Shown in pieces: positions 29,489 through 39,876 of a stretch of DNA of 64,000 bases (the first letter of the stretch is position 1; each line of letters begins with the position of its first letter). The notes beneath the pieces are model-generated. The model ran no database searches, was not told the DNA's origin, and saw only the letters and a program-made list of their open reading frames with translations. The DNA is taken from positions 7,723-71,722 of the forward strand of contig JACRCO010000071.1 of NCBI GenBank assembly GCA_016218975.1. Direction: 5' to 3'. Source of the DNA: Deltaproteobacteria bacterium (lineage in GTDB: Bacteria > Desulfobacterota > Deferrimicrobia > Deferrimicrobiales > Deferrimicrobiaceae). A program made the position numbers and the translations under genes.

Positions 29489-30814
29489 ATGGACCCGAAT
29501 CTCGGTGACGATTCCGTTCCGCTGAGGATCGGCCCGGACGCGGGCGGCGGGAACCCGGTGGGGTTGCCGTGGCCGCAAATCACCCGGGAACAGTGGAACG
29601 ACTATCGCTGGCAGCTTTCCCACCGCATCACATCCGTCCGCGAACTGGCGGGGCTGCGATATTTCTCCCCGGAAGATGCCGCCGTCCTCAACCGCGTGAA
29701 CGACATCTACCACCTGGGAATAACTCCCTACTACCTCTCGCTCATCCGGTTCGACGATCCCGCCGACCCGATCGCCATGCAGGCGATCCCGCGCACCGAG
29801 GAATATTTCGGGATGTCGGTCGGCGAAGACGATCCGCTGGACGAGGAGAAGGACAGCCCCGTTCCCGGCCTCACTCACCGCTATCCCGACCGCTGCCTGA
29901 TGGTGGTGACGAACTTCTGCTCGATGTACTGCCGCCACTGCACGCGGAAGCGGATCTGGGCGCTGGGCGAAGGAGCGAAGACGGAATTCGAGCTCAACAA
30001 GATGTTCTCCTACATCAGGCGGCACGAGGAGATCCGTGACGTCATCATCTCCGGCGGCGATCCCCTCACGCTGCCGACGCAGCGGCTGGAATTCATACTG
30101 AAAGGCCTGCGGAAGATCCCGCACGTGGAGATCGTCCGGATCGGCACCCGTGTGCCGGTCGTCCTTCCCATGCGGATCGACGACGAGCTTTGCGCTTTGC
30201 TTTCGAAGTACGGCCCGATCTGGGTGAACACCCAGTTCAACCATCCCCGCGAGGTCACCGAGGAGGCGCGGCGCGCGTGCGACCGGCTCCTTCATGCCGG
30301 CGTGCCCGTGAACAACCAGACGGTGCTCCTCAAAGGGGTCAACGACCATCCGGAGATCCTGCGCAAGCTGAACACGCAGCTCCTCCGTGCGAAGGTGCGC
30401 CCCTACTACCTGTTCCAATGCGACCAGGTGCGGGGGCTGGAGCATTTCCGCACGCGGCTCTCCAAGGGCGTGGAGATCATGGAGGCGCTCCGGGGCCACA
30501 CGTCGGGGCTGGCAATCCCTACATTCGTGGTGGACGTCCCCGGCGGCGGCGGGAAGATACCCCTGATGCCCAACTACATCCTCTCGATGGGAGAGCGAAG
30601 GACGATCCTGCGCAACTACGAGGGGATAATCGTCAGTTACGAAGAGCCGCACGAAGACGGACGGCCGTCGGCGCAGCCGGAGACGGAGGGGATTCCGCCC
30701 CGCCAGGACGTGTACCGGCTGATGACCGGAGAGGTAAAGGCGCTCATCCCGGCGGGAAACGAGCGGATGGCCCGGAGAAGGAGACGGTGCGAGTCGGCCT
30801 CTCCTACAACGTAA
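29489..30814 (+). CDS. kamA: KamA-family radical SAM/PLP aminomutase (lysine 2,3-aminomutase-like)
   Basis: THRYPDR, CSMYCRHC, SGGDPL, RPYYLFQCD and VVDVPGGGGKIP (PLP lysine) motifs; RBS AGGAGG. Confidence 0.9.
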   Translation: MDPNLGDDSVPLRIGPDAGGGNPVGLPWPQITREQWNDYRWQLSHRITSVRELAGLRYFSPEDAAVLNRVNDIYHLGITPYYLSLIRFDDPADPIAMQAIPRTEEYFGMSVGEDDPLDEEKDSPVPGLTHRYPDRCLMVVTNFCSMYCRHCTRKRIWALGEGAKTEFELNKMFSYIRRHEEIRDVIISGGDPLTLPTQRLEFILKGLRKIPHVEIVRIGTRVPVVLPMRIDDELCALLSKYGPIWVNTQFNHPREVTEEARRACDRLLHAGVPVNNQTVLLKGVNDHPEILRKLNTQLLRAKVRPYYLFQCDQVRGLEHFRTRLSKGVEIMEALRGHTSGLAIPTFVVDVPGGGGKIPLMPNYILSMGERRTILRNYEGIIVSYEEPHEDGRPSAQPETEGIPPRQDVYRLMTGEVKALIPAGNERMARRRRRCESASPTT

Positions 30815-31779
30815 AACCGGCCCATTCTCCCGCTCACCTCCCTGAAGACGCCTTCGAGGAGTACGACTCCGAGGCGACGGTGGGGCACATCTGCAATGCC
30901 CTTTCCGCCCTCGGCCACGATGTGGTCCGGCTCGGCGCCGGCCCCGGCATCATAGACGCCATCAGGAAACACAAACCCGAAATAGTCTTCAACATAGCGG
31001 AAGGCGAAGGCGGGCGGTGCCGCGAGGCGCACGTGCCGGCCCTCCTGGAAATGCTTGGCATCCCTTATGTCGGATCGGATCCGCTGACGCTCTGCGTCAC
31101 TCTCGACAAGCCTGTCGCCAAGCGGCTGGTGGCGGCGGGAGGATTCCACACCCCGGGGTTCCGCACCTTCAGTTCGTCCGCCGAATTTTCCGCTCACGGC
31201 CTCTCCTTCCCCGTCATCGTGAAGCCCGCCTTCGAGGGGTCGAGCAAGGGGGTGCGGCTCACATCCCGGGCCGCCGAGCCATCGCAGGCGCGCGACATGG
31301 TGAAGTTCGTCACGGAAACGTATCGCCAGGAGGCCATCGTCGAGGAATTCGTAGCGGGCCCCGAGGTCACCGTGGGACTGCTGGGCAACGAAAGTCCGCG
31401 GGTGGTCGGCGTCATGGAGATCGCACCGAAGAAGGTGCGGCCGGAGGACTTCGTCTATTCCCTCGAAGTCAAGCGCGACTGGGAAAACCAGGTCGAATAC
31501 CGATGCCCGCCGCCTTTCGCGAAAGAGACGATCGCCGAAATCGAGCGGTGCGCGTGGGGGATCTACCGGCTTCTCGGTTGCAGGGATTTCTCCCGGATCG
31601 ATTTCCGGATCGACGGCGGAGGCGTTCCCCAGTTCATCGAATGCAATCCCCTTCCCGGCCTCTCCCCCGGCTACGGCGACCTGCCGATCATGGCCGAAAG
31701 GATGGGCCTGTCCTATCTTTCCCTGATCTCGGAGATCCTTTCGCACGCTCTCTCGCGCCGGGAGGTGGGGGGACGGTGA
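30787..31779 (+). CDS. D-Ala-D-Ala ligase-like ATP-grasp enzyme 1
   Basis: VFNIAEG, VKPAFEGSSKGV, VEEFVAGPEVTV and RIDFR...IECNPLPGL motifs. GTG start overlapping the kamA end. Confidence 0.85.
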   Translation: MRVGLSYNVKPAHSPAHLPEDAFEEYDSEATVGHICNALSALGHDVVRLGAGPGIIDAIRKHKPEIVFNIAEGEGGRCREAHVPALLEMLGIPYVGSDPLTLCVTLDKPVAKRLVAAGGFHTPGFRTFSSSAEFSAHGLSFPVIVKPAFEGSSKGVRLTSRAAEPSQARDMVKFVTETYRQEAIVEEFVAGPEVTVGLLGNESPRVVGVMEIAPKKVRPEDFVYSLEVKRDWENQVEYRCPPPFAKETIAEIERCAWGIYRLLGCRDFSRIDFRIDGGGVPQFIECNPLPGLSPGYGDLPIMAERMGLSYLSLISEILSHALSRREVGGR

Positions 31780-32807
31780 CCATCGGGGGTATCGCCGGTA
31801 AGAAGATCGCGGTGCTCTACACTTCCGTGGAGGAGTCGCTTGCGGGGGTGGAGGACCCCGGGATGCGCGAGAGCATGGACCTGGCGGTAAGCGCCCGGTC
31901 GGTCACGGATGCCCTGGCGAACCTGGGAGCCGACGCGCGGTATTTTTCGTTCGGCAGGGACATCGTGGCGCTCGCGGAATCGTTCCGCTCCTTCGGTGCG
32001 GAAGCGGTGTTCAACCTGAGCGAATGCCCCCTGAACTCGGCGCAGAAGGAGCCCCACGGCGCTGCGTTCCTGGAATTGCTGAAGATCCCCTACACGGGAA
32101 ACGGCCCGATGGCCCTGGCGGTCTGCAACAACAAGGCGCTCACCAAGAGAATCCTATCCTCGCACGGAATCGCGACGCCGGAGTTCCGCCTCTTCTCCGC
32201 CCCTCCCCGTCGCCATTCGGGACTTGTCTTCCCCGTCATCGTGAAGCCGTCGAAGGAGGACGGATCGGCGGGGATCACCGAGGAGAGCGTCGTCGACGAC
32301 GAGGCGGGGCTCAAAAAGAGGGTGGCGCACGTCGTGGAGAAGTACAACCAGGAGGCGCTCGTCGAAGAGTACGTGGGCGGAAGGGAATTCAACGTGGCCG
32401 TGCTGGGCAACGGCACGGCAGTGGATCCCCATCGCGCGTTCCCCCCTGCGGAGCTCGTATACCGGAACCGCAAGTGGCGGATCTGCTCTTTCGAATCGAA
32501 GTGGGACCCGAACCATCCGTCCTTCGCCGAAATCGCTCCCCGGTGCCCTGCGGACGTTTCGGACGGATTGAGGTCGCGCCTTGCGGAAATTACGATGGAA
32601 TGCGCGCGGATCTTCGGGCTGTGCGGCTATTCCCGCGTGGACTACCGCACCAGCCGTAGCGGGAAACTTTTCGTCCTCGAAGTGAATCCGAATCCCGATA
32701 TCTCCCCCGACGCCGGGCTTGCGCGCGCCGCCCGCGCAGAGGGGCTTGCTTATGAAGCGCTGGTCGCGGAAATCCTGCGGCTGGGGCTGGCGCGGGGGGC
32801 GCGATGA
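31776..32807 (+). CDS. D-Ala-D-Ala ligase-like ATP-grasp enzyme 2
   Basis: VFNLSE, VKPSKEDGSAGI, VEEYVGGREFNV and RVDYR...LEVNPNPD motifs; GTGA overlap. Confidence 0.85.
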   Translation: MTIGGIAGKKIAVLYTSVEESLAGVEDPGMRESMDLAVSARSVTDALANLGADARYFSFGRDIVALAESFRSFGAEAVFNLSECPLNSAQKEPHGAAFLELLKIPYTGNGPMALAVCNNKALTKRILSSHGIATPEFRLFSAPPRRHSGLVFPVIVKPSKEDGSAGITEESVVDDEAGLKKRVAHVVEKYNQEALVEEYVGGREFNVAVLGNGTAVDPHRAFPPAELVYRNRKWRICSFESKWDPNHPSFAEIAPRCPADVSDGLRSRLAEITMECARIFGLCGYSRVDYRTSRSGKLFVLEVNPNPDISPDAGLARAARAEGLAYEALVAEILRLGLARGAR

Positions 32808-33304
32808 TCAGCCGGAAGGAAACGCAGGCCATGATACGCCCGATCGAAGAGAAGGACCGCGATGCGGTCCGAAATCTCATCGACGGCACCGGGGCATTCA
32901 AGCCGTTCGAGGTCGACGTGGCGATGGAGCTGGTCGACATCGCTCTCACCAGCCCCGATCAGGAGGACTACCATCCCTTCGTTCTGGAAGAGGAGGACGG
33001 GACGGTCGCCGCGTACGCCTGTTTCGGGAAGAACCCGATGACGAAGTTTACCTTCGATCTCTACTGGCTGGCCACCCGCGCCGACAGGATGGGAAAGGGA
33101 TACGGCCGGAAGATCGTCTCCTTCGTCGAGGAAGAGGTACGGAAACGCGGCGGGAAGCTCCTGGTGATCGAAACGTCCTCGAAGGAGAGCTACGGAACGA
33201 CGCGCGAGTTCTACATCCGCATCGGCTGCACCCTCGCAGCCCAACTTCCCGATTACTACGACGACGGCGACGACAAACTCATCTACCTGAAACGCATCAC
33301 GTAG
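32804..33304 (+). CDS. GNAT N-acetyltransferase
   Basis: DLYWLAT...RMGKGYG acetyl-CoA motif and FY motif; ATGA overlap. Confidence 0.88.
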   Translation: MISRKETQAMIRPIEEKDRDAVRNLIDGTGAFKPFEVDVAMELVDIALTSPDQEDYHPFVLEEEDGTVAAYACFGKNPMTKFTFDLYWLATRADRMGKGYGRKIVSFVEEEVRKRGGKLLVIETSSKESYGTTREFYIRIGCTLAAQLPDYYDDGDDKLIYLKRIT

Positions 33305-33316
33305 ATCGGCGGCGGG

Positions 33317-33610
33317 TCACAAGGAATCTTCGTCGAACGGAATCCCGCAGCCTGGACAGTGGTGGAGAGTATCGTCCGCGAAAACGAATTTCAGCCCCAG
33401 CGTTTTCCCGCACTTCGGACACTTGATCCCCAAGTACACCAGCACGATCCCGGCGCCGAACACCGTGCCTGCTCCGATCGCCAGGACATCGAACAACGAT
33501 TTCGGTAAATATTTTTCGACGAACGCCAGCATGGTCAGCGCAGCAAAACTTATTCCGGCGATCAGCAGATATGTTTTTTTCTTTTTATTCAATACATCCC
33601 TTGGTTTCAT
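33317..33610 (-). CDS. Small two-TM protein with CxxC...CxxC zinc ribbon
   Basis: Two hydrophobic helices, then CPKCG and CPGCG; AGGTGAG-like RBS. Confidence 0.65.
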   Translation of the reverse strand: MKPRDVLNKKKKTYLLIAGISFAALTMLAFVEKYLPKSLFDVLAIGAGTVFGAGIVLVYLGIKCPKCGKTLGLKFVFADDTLHHCPGCGIPFDEDSL

Positions 33611-33898
33611 CTCACCTTACTCCTCGCCGGATTCCATTTTTTCCCTGCGTGCGGCATCCCCGGTTCGATCCGATTAAAGCATCCTACGGGACCGTCACCT
33701 CGATGGCAAGGAGGCCACGGGAAATGCCTGATGCCCAGTCCGGATTGCGCAGGCAAGGAAATGGGAATATCCTGCATTTCAACCGTCCAAAACTCCGTCG
33801 ATTTCCGTTAGCGCGAACAATTCGCAAATCATTACTGATTTTTTCTTTCACTGAATCCGATACATAAACGGAGGGTATCTCATTCAACGGGAGACGGT

Positions 33899-36535
33899 AT
33901 GGGGTGGAATCGCTTATCAAGCCTGAGGGTACGCCTCATTGCGATCTGTTTCCTTGTCGTCGTGCCCGCGTTCGGCGTGACTTATTTCACGTTCAAGCAT
34001 GAACGGAAGCACATGCTCGGCGAGTTGAAGACCAACGCCGTACGAAACGCCAACCTGGTGGCCGCCGACGAGAACCGGAAGATCGAAGAGGCCCGCAATT
34101 TCCTCGTTACGCTGTCCCGGTCTCCCGCCGTCCGTTCTCCCGAATCCAGGTCCTGCAGCGATGCGATGGCCGAACTCCTCAAGCGTTATCCGCAGTACAG
34201 AAACATCGGCATCGCCGATCCCGCCGGAAACGTCGTCTGCAGCGCCGTCCCTCCTCCCGGCCCCGTCAACGTTTCGGACCGGGAATACTTCCGCCGCGCG
34301 ATGGAGACTCGCGAGTTCTCCGTGTGCGTCTATCAGGTGGGGCGGATCTCCAATCGTCCGGGAATCATGACCGCTTACAAGTTGCCGGATGCGAACGACC
34401 GCTTGCGCGGAGTCGTTTTCGCCGCTCTCGACACGGAGGAGTTCGGGCAAATCGGGAGGGATGCAGGCGAGAGCCTTCCGAACGGCGCGGCGCTCACGAA
34501 GATCGACGCATCGGGCGCCATCCTAGGCAGATACCCGACGGAAGCGGGACTGGTCGGGAAGGCATTCCCCGACATGGACGCCGTGCGGCCTTTGCTGGCA
34601 AAGGGCGGAGGACTCGCAGCCGGAAAAAGCGGCGGCGGAACGCCTTTCCTGTTCGCGGTGGCGAAAGTGCCGAACACCTTGATCGGCAGGGATGTTTTCG
34701 CGGTCGTCGGCATTCCGGAAAGCGTCATCTTCGCGGAACTGGACACGCATACCCGGAGAGACATGGCCGTCCTTGGGTCGGGAATCGCAGCCGCGCTGTT
34801 CCTGGTGTGGCTCTCCAGCGGATATTTCGTCGTGCGTCCGGTGCAGGCACTGCTTCGGGCGACGCACCGCGTTGCGGAGGAGGATGCGGAAATACGGATC
34901 GGGCCGCCGTACGACAAGGGAGAGCTCGGCGAGCTTGCGAAGGGCTTCGACCGGATGACCGCCGCGATCGTGGGGAGGCGGGCCGAGCGGGAACGTGCGC
35001 GGGAAGCGCTGATGCTCTCCGAAAATAACTACCGGTCGATCGTCAGGAATTCCCCCCTTGGAATCTACAGGGTTACACCGGGAGGAAAGTTCCTGATGGT
35101 AAACCCCGCGCTGGTCGAAATGCTCGGGTACGAATCCGAGGGAGAGCTCCTGAACGCGAACATGGACAGGGACATCTACGTCAAGGCGGACGAACGGCAG
35201 GGCATCCTGAAAAAATACGCCGGCAGGAACCAGGCATCCTCCCTTGTGCTCAAGCTGGATTGGAATCGGAAGGACGGCGCCATCCTGCACGTGCGCGCCA
35301 GCGGAACCGCAGTCAGGGACGAGAACGGCGCCATAGACTATTACGAGGTGTTCGTCGAGGATGAAACGGAGCGCCAGGCCCTGGAAAGAAAATTCCTTCA
35401 CTCCCAGAGGATGGAAGCGGTCGGAAGGTTGGCCGGTGGCGTGGCGCATGATTTCAATAATCTCCTGAGCGTGATTCTCGGATACGGGGAGATCCTGCTT
35501 GACAGGTCGAAGAATGACAGCGACGAGCGCTCGAAACTCGAGGAGATCAAGAGGTCGGCGGGACGGGCCGCGGACCTCACCCGCCAGCTCCTCGCATTCA
35601 GCCGCAAGCAGGTGTTCGAACTGAAGGTGGTGGACCTGAACGACGTCGTTACCGATGCCCGAAAAATGTTCCAGCGCCTGATCGGAGAAGATATAGAGCT
35701 CACGCTGAACCTATCCTCCGACATCGGGTTCGTGAAGATCGACCCGGGACAGTTCGAGCAGGTCATCATGAACCTCGTCGTCAACGCACGGGACGCGATG
35801 CCCCGGGGCGGCAAGCTGGCCATCGAGACGCACCGGGCGGAATTCGCCGAACCCCAGGCCTACCTGAACGGGGAAGTCAACATGCCGCCCGGGTCCTACG
35901 TCCGGGTTTCCGTCACTGATACCGGCTGCGGGATGGACGAAGAAACCCTGAAGCGCATCTTCGACCCGTTTTTCACCACGAAGGAAGCGGGCAAGGGAAC
36001 GGGGCTGGGGCTGTCCACCAGCTACGGGATCGTCAAGCAGAGCGGAGGATTCATCTGGGCGTCCAGCAGGCCGGGAAAAGGGACGTCGATCCGGATCTTC
36101 CTGCCCCGGATCGAGGAAAAAACGGACGCCGCCGCGATACGCGCGGCCGCCGCGCCTCCCGCCCGGGGATCCGAGACGATCCTCGTCGCGGAGGATGATG
36201 CGGCCGTCAGGAACGTGATCCGGGAGTTTCTCGAATCGTACGGCTACAAGGTACTGACCGCCGGAAGCCCGTTCGAGGCCCTGCGCGTAGCGGGCGCGCA
36301 CAACGGGTTGATCCAACTGCTCGTCACGGACGTCGTCATGCCGGGAGAAAGCGGAGTTCAGCTCGCGGACCGCATCACCCGCGCCTGGCCGCAGGAAAAG
36401 GTGCTCTTCATATCCGGGTATTCCGCCGATGCCATATCGGTACACGGGGTGCTCAAGGAAGGGATCTTTTTCCTTCCGAAACCATTCACGAAAGAGGTGC
36501 TGGCGAAAAAAGTGCGCGAAGTCCTCGACTCCTGA
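33899..36535 (+). CDS. Hybrid sensor histidine kinase (Cache-HAMP-PAS-HisKA-HATPase-REC)
   Basis: Two TMs flanking a Cache-like domain (NVSDREYF); [25 protein letters not shown] and GTGLGL motifs; receiver TDVVMP ... KPF. Confidence 0.93.
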   Translation: MGWNRLSSLRVRLIAICFLVVVPAFGVTYFTFKHERKHMLGELKTNAVRNANLVAADENRKIEEARNFLVTLSRSPAVRSPESRSCSDAMAELLKRYPQYRNIGIADPAGNVVCSAVPPPGPVNVSDREYFRRAMETREFSVCVYQVGRISNRPGIMTAYKLPDANDRLRGVVFAALDTEEFGQIGRDAGESLPNGAALTKIDASGAILGRYPTEAGLVGKAFPDMDAVRPLLAKGGGLAAGKSGGGTPFLFAVAKVPNTLIGRDVFAVVGIPESVIFAELDTHTRRDMAVLGSGIAAALFLVWLSSGYFVVRPVQALLRATHRVAEEDAEIRIGPPYDKGELGELAKGFDRMTAAIVGRRAERERAREALMLSENNYRSIVRNSPLGIYRVTPGGKFLMVNPALVEMLGYESEGELLNANMDRDIYVKADERQGILKKYAGRNQASSLVLKLDWNRKDGAILHVRASGTAVRDENGAIDYYEVFVEDETERQALERKFLHSQRMEAVGRLAGGVAHDFNNLLSVILGYGEILLDRSKNDSDERSKLEEIKRSAGRAADLTRQLLAFSRKQVFELKVVDLNDVVTDARKMFQRLIGEDIELTLNLSSDIGFVKIDPGQFEQVIMNLVVNARDAMPRGGKLAIETHRAEFAEPQAYLNGEVNMPPGSYVRVSVTDTGCGMDEETLKRIFDPFFTTKEAGKGTGLGLSTSYGIVKQSGGFIWASSRPGKGTSIRIFLPRIEEKTDAAAIRAAAAPPARGSETILVAEDDAAVRNVIREFLESYGYKVLTAGSPFEALRVAGAHNGLIQLLVTDVVMPGESGVQLADRITRAWPQEKVLFISGYSADAISVHGVLKEGIFFLPKPFTKEVLAKKVREVLDS

Positions 36536-36620
36536 GGCCGGAACCCGGTCTTGCACGCCGACGTATGGCCGGTTCCAGTATTATGGCAGCCTCCATGGAG
36601 CAAGGTGTCCGCGCCCCCGA

Positions 36621-39600
36621 TCACACCTCCACCGCCTCGCCGGTTTCGACGTACCATATGAATGCGCGGGCCGGGACGCGCCATGCCTCGGCGACGATCG
36701 ACGAATAGCGGCGCACCTGCCTGATGTAATCCTCCTCCGAATCCTTCTCCCGCCGGCCCGTCTTATAGTCGACAACCCAGTGTTCCGCGCCCGTTTTTTC
36801 CGCATTTCCCGGACGCACCGGCATCCTGACGATCAGGTCCGCCCGTTCCTCGTTCGACATCCCGCCGCTGCATGCCAGCAGCGGAACTTCCGTGCCGACG
36901 AGGGACATTTCGCGAATCTCCTTGAAGAACGCGCTTGCCGCGATCTTCCTGCATATGACGATCCAGCGGGCTTCCTCGCCTTCACCCCAGGAGACGGCCG
37001 GCGGCAGCGGCTCTCGCGGAGGCCATGGCGAGCCGGCCGGCGGAAACGCTTCCAATGCCATATGCACCTTCTCGCCGAACCGCTTCCCTTTCTCGCGGTC
37101 GTGGTACTCCTTCAGGCTCAACGGCTCGGGAAGGGGGGGAATCGGCTCCGGGGGCGGGGTCGGCCACTCCCTGACGAACGACAGGTCGAACGTGACGGAT
37201 GGAGGGGACGGCTCCACCGCGGGCGACTCCGAAACGGCGACGTCGAGCATCTCTCCTCCGCCGGGAAAGAGGCGGCGCGTTCCGGAGATCCCTGTAACGG
37301 CGCACTTCCCCGGTCCGCCGTCCGATGCGCATGCAAGCCCTTGCCGGAGAGCATCCCACTGGATCGATCCTTTCCCCTTCGCGCCCTTCACAAGATAGAG
37401 CCGGTCGCGCGCGCGGGTCGCGGCAACGTAGAACAGCCGGACCTCCTCCGCATTCTGCTTCGCCTGTTCCCACTCCTCGAAAGTCACCATCCGCTCGCCC
37501 AGCCGGATCCGGCGGAAGGCGGAATAAGTCCTGAATCCGGGAAAGATCACCGCTGATAGCTTGCGGCGCCGGTCCACACGCAGCCCTTCCACCCTCTTCC
37601 TGCCTCCCCTCGAAAGGTTTGCGAGGATCACGATGGGGAATTCCAGCCCCTTCGATGCGTGGATGGTCGAAACCTGAACGGCGTCCTCCCCTTCGTCGAA
37701 AGCCGGGAACTCGCTTTCCTGGCGGTCTTCCTCCGTCTTCCTCTTGAGGTCGGCGAGGAACGCCTTCACAGAACCGCCGCCGGTCCACTCGAACGCCCTT
37801 GCCATCCCCGCGGCCTTCGCCAGGTTCCGGACTATGCGATCGCCGTCGGGATGCCGCGCCGCGACGAACTCCACCCCGGTCTCCGCGTACAGTCCGGCCA
37901 GCAGGTTGGAAAGGGAGGCCCTGCCGCGCTCGGCGGAAAGGCGCCCGAGCAGCCCGAGCGCGTCGCGGACCTTTTCCCCCGGAGGAGGACCGCCATCCTC
38001 GTGAAGCGGCAGGATCTCCTCGTCACGCAGCCCGAAGAAGATGGTCTTCAGCGCGGCGTAACGCGCGGAGAGGTCGGCGGGAGCGTCGACCGCAGAGAGG
38101 ACGATCCGCAAATCCTGTATCTCCTGCCGGGAATAGAACCCCTTCCGCGGCGGCACGACGAGGGGGATACCCGCCCTTGCGAAGGCATCCCGGAAACCGG
38201 CAAGCGCCTCCCCGCCGGCGTCCGAGCGATAAAGCACGGCGATGTCGCGAAGAGACGCGGCCCGTTCGGGCGCGCCGCCCTTTCCTCCAACGGGAACGTT
38301 CCCGGCGATCCGCCGGACGAGCCCGCAGACGAATTCCGCTTCGGTCGCCTCCTCTCCAAGCGTGTACGACGTCACGGGGAAGCCGCCGCCCGGGTCCTGC
38401 CGGTTTGGTTTCACCGGGGCGTATCCGGGGGAAAAATCCTCGCCTCCGGAAAGAACCTGCCCGAACAGCCCGTTGACGGACGAGAGAAGGTCCGGCCGGC
38501 TCCGGAAGTTGCTGACAAGCGCAATGCCTTCCCCGCCCCGGGAAAGCATACTCTCACGGAAATGCGCGTAGACCTGGATGTCCGCCCGGCGGAAGCCGTA
38601 GATGGATTGTTTCGGATCGCCGACAACGAAAAGGCGCCCCGGCGCGGTGTTAGAGGAGAGGCGTTCCAGCATTTCCGCCTGGAGAGGGTCGGTGTCCTGG
38701 AATTCGTCCACGAAAACATACCGGAACCGCTCCGAGAGCGACTTCGCGACTTCCCGGCTCCCCGCAAGCAGATCGTTCGCCCGCAGAAGCAGGTCCATGA
38801 AATCGAGCCCGCTGCCTTTCGCTTTCCGGTAATGCCCGAGCGCCGCCCTTGCACGATCCACGAGAAAGCGGGCCGCCGCGTCCCCCGCGGGGGCCTCCGA
38901 AATCTCCCGCAGGAAGCGCTGCAGATTATCCCGGGCCTGCGCAAGGGTGAACCCCGGCGGCTGGGGGAAGATCTTCCTGCTTCTCGTCCTGTCAGCGCGG
39001 AACTCGAACGCCTGGACGGCCTCCGAGGCCTGTGCGGCGACGGCGGAAATGTCGCCGCCGGAAACCTCGGTCCACACTCGTTCCAGCATTCCGAGCGCGC
39101 GCGACAGCACTGGAGTCATCTCGTGCGCCGGGTCAGCGATCCCTTCGACGAATGCGCGGAACCACTCTACTGCGTCCGCGTACTCCGCCCGAGTGTATCC
39201 GAGAAAATCCGCCGCCGTTCCGAAATCGAGCTCCCCGGCCGTGAGAAGGTCCCGCTGGGAGAGACAAAGGCGGCGGATCGCCGACCAGACTGCTTCCGGC
39301 CCGGGAGGGCCGTGGAGCACACGCTCCCAGGATGGATCGATCTCCCGGCCGCCGAACTCCTCGCGCAAGAACGCGGTGAAGGCGTTGTCCCACGCGTCGG
39401 AGGCTTCCCCCTCCGCGAGCACTTCGAACTTCGGGTCGACACCCGCCTCCGCGGGGAAGGAAAGAAGGATGCGGCGGCAGAATGAATGGAAAGTGGTGAC
39501 GGAGAGGCGCCCCACACCGTCCGCCAGTTCCTCGACGCGCTCGCGCAGCGCCGCAGCGGCCTCCTCACCGCCGCCCGGAATCCTGACGAGGGAATTCCAC

Positions 39601-39875
39601 GCCGCGGCCTTCTCTCGAACCTCGCCCAGGGTGGCGGCCGACCGGCAGGCGTTGAGAAGAAGCTCCAGCCCTTCCACCACCCGGGACTTCATCTCCGCCG
39701 CCGCCTTGTCGGTGAATGTCAGCAGCAGCACACGGTCGGGGAGGAGGACCGGGTCTGCGAGGAACAGGTTGAGGACGCGCGCTATCAGCGTCGCCGTCTT
39801 TCCCGTTCCGGCGGAAGCGTCCACCGCGATGTCCCGCGTGAATTCCGTTACCGCCTTTATGCGATCGCTGTCCAT
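36621..39875 (-). CDS. addA: UvrD-family helicase/nuclease AddA-like
   Basis: ASAGTGKT, VDEFQDT, GDPKQSIYGFRRAD, TIHASKGLEF and YVAATRAR motifs; C-terminal DYKTG nuclease. Confidence 0.88.
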   Translation of the reverse strand: MDSDRIKAVTEFTRDIAVDASAGTGKTATLIARVLNLFLADPVLLPDRVLLLTFTDKAAAEMKSRVVEGLELLLNACRSAATLGEVREKAAAWNSLVRIPGGGEEAAAALRERVEELADGVGRLSVTTFHSFCRRILLSFPAEAGVDPKFEVLAEGEASDAWDNAFTAFLREEFGGREIDPSWERVLHGPPGPEAVWSAIRRLCLSQRDLLTAGELDFGTAADFLGYTRAEYADAVEWFRAFVEGIADPAHEMTPVLSRALGMLERVWTEVSGGDISAVAAQASEAVQAFEFRADRTRSRKIFPQPPGFTLAQARDNLQRFLREISEAPAGDAAARFLVDRARAALGHYRKAKGSGLDFMDLLLRANDLLAGSREVAKSLSERFRYVFVDEFQDTDPLQAEMLERLSSNTAPGRLFVVGDPKQSIYGFRRADIQVYAHFRESMLSRGGEGIALVSNFRSRPDLLSSVNGLFGQVLSGGEDFSPGYAPVKPNRQDPGGGFPVTSYTLGEEATEAEFVCGLVRRIAGNVPVGGKGGAPERAASLRDIAVLYRSDAGGEALAGFRDAFARAGIPLVVPPRKGFYSRQEIQDLRIVLSAVDAPADLSARYAALKTIFFGLRDEEILPLHEDGGPPPGEKVRDALGLLGRLSAERGRASLSNLLAGLYAETGVEFVAARHPDGDRIVRNLAKAAGMARAFEWTGGGSVKAFLADLKRKTEEDRQESEFPAFDEGEDAVQVSTIHASKGLEFPIVILANLSRGGRKRVEGLRVDRRRKLSAVIFPGFRTYSAFRRIRLGERMVTFEEWEQAKQNAEEVRLFYVAATRARDRLYLVKGAKGKGSIQWDALRQGLACASDGGPGKCAVTGISGTRRLFPGGGEMLDVAVSESPAVEPSPPSVTFDLSFVREWPTPPPEPIPPLPEPLSLKEYHDREKGKRFGEKVHMALEAFPPAGSPWPPREPLPPAVSWGEGEEARWIVICRKIAASAFFKEIREMSLVGTEVPLLACSGGMSNEERADLIVRMPVRPGNAEKTGAEHWVVDYKTGRREKDSEEDYIRQVRRYSSIVAEAWRVPARAFIWYVETGEAVEV

Positions 39876-39876
39876 G

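Noticed and set aside
30787-32807. Cell-wall ddl or van resistance ligases
   Set aside because: They lack the N-terminal GG.S.E motif of true Ddl, have no mur or vanHX neighbours, and are coupled to kamA and a GNAT.
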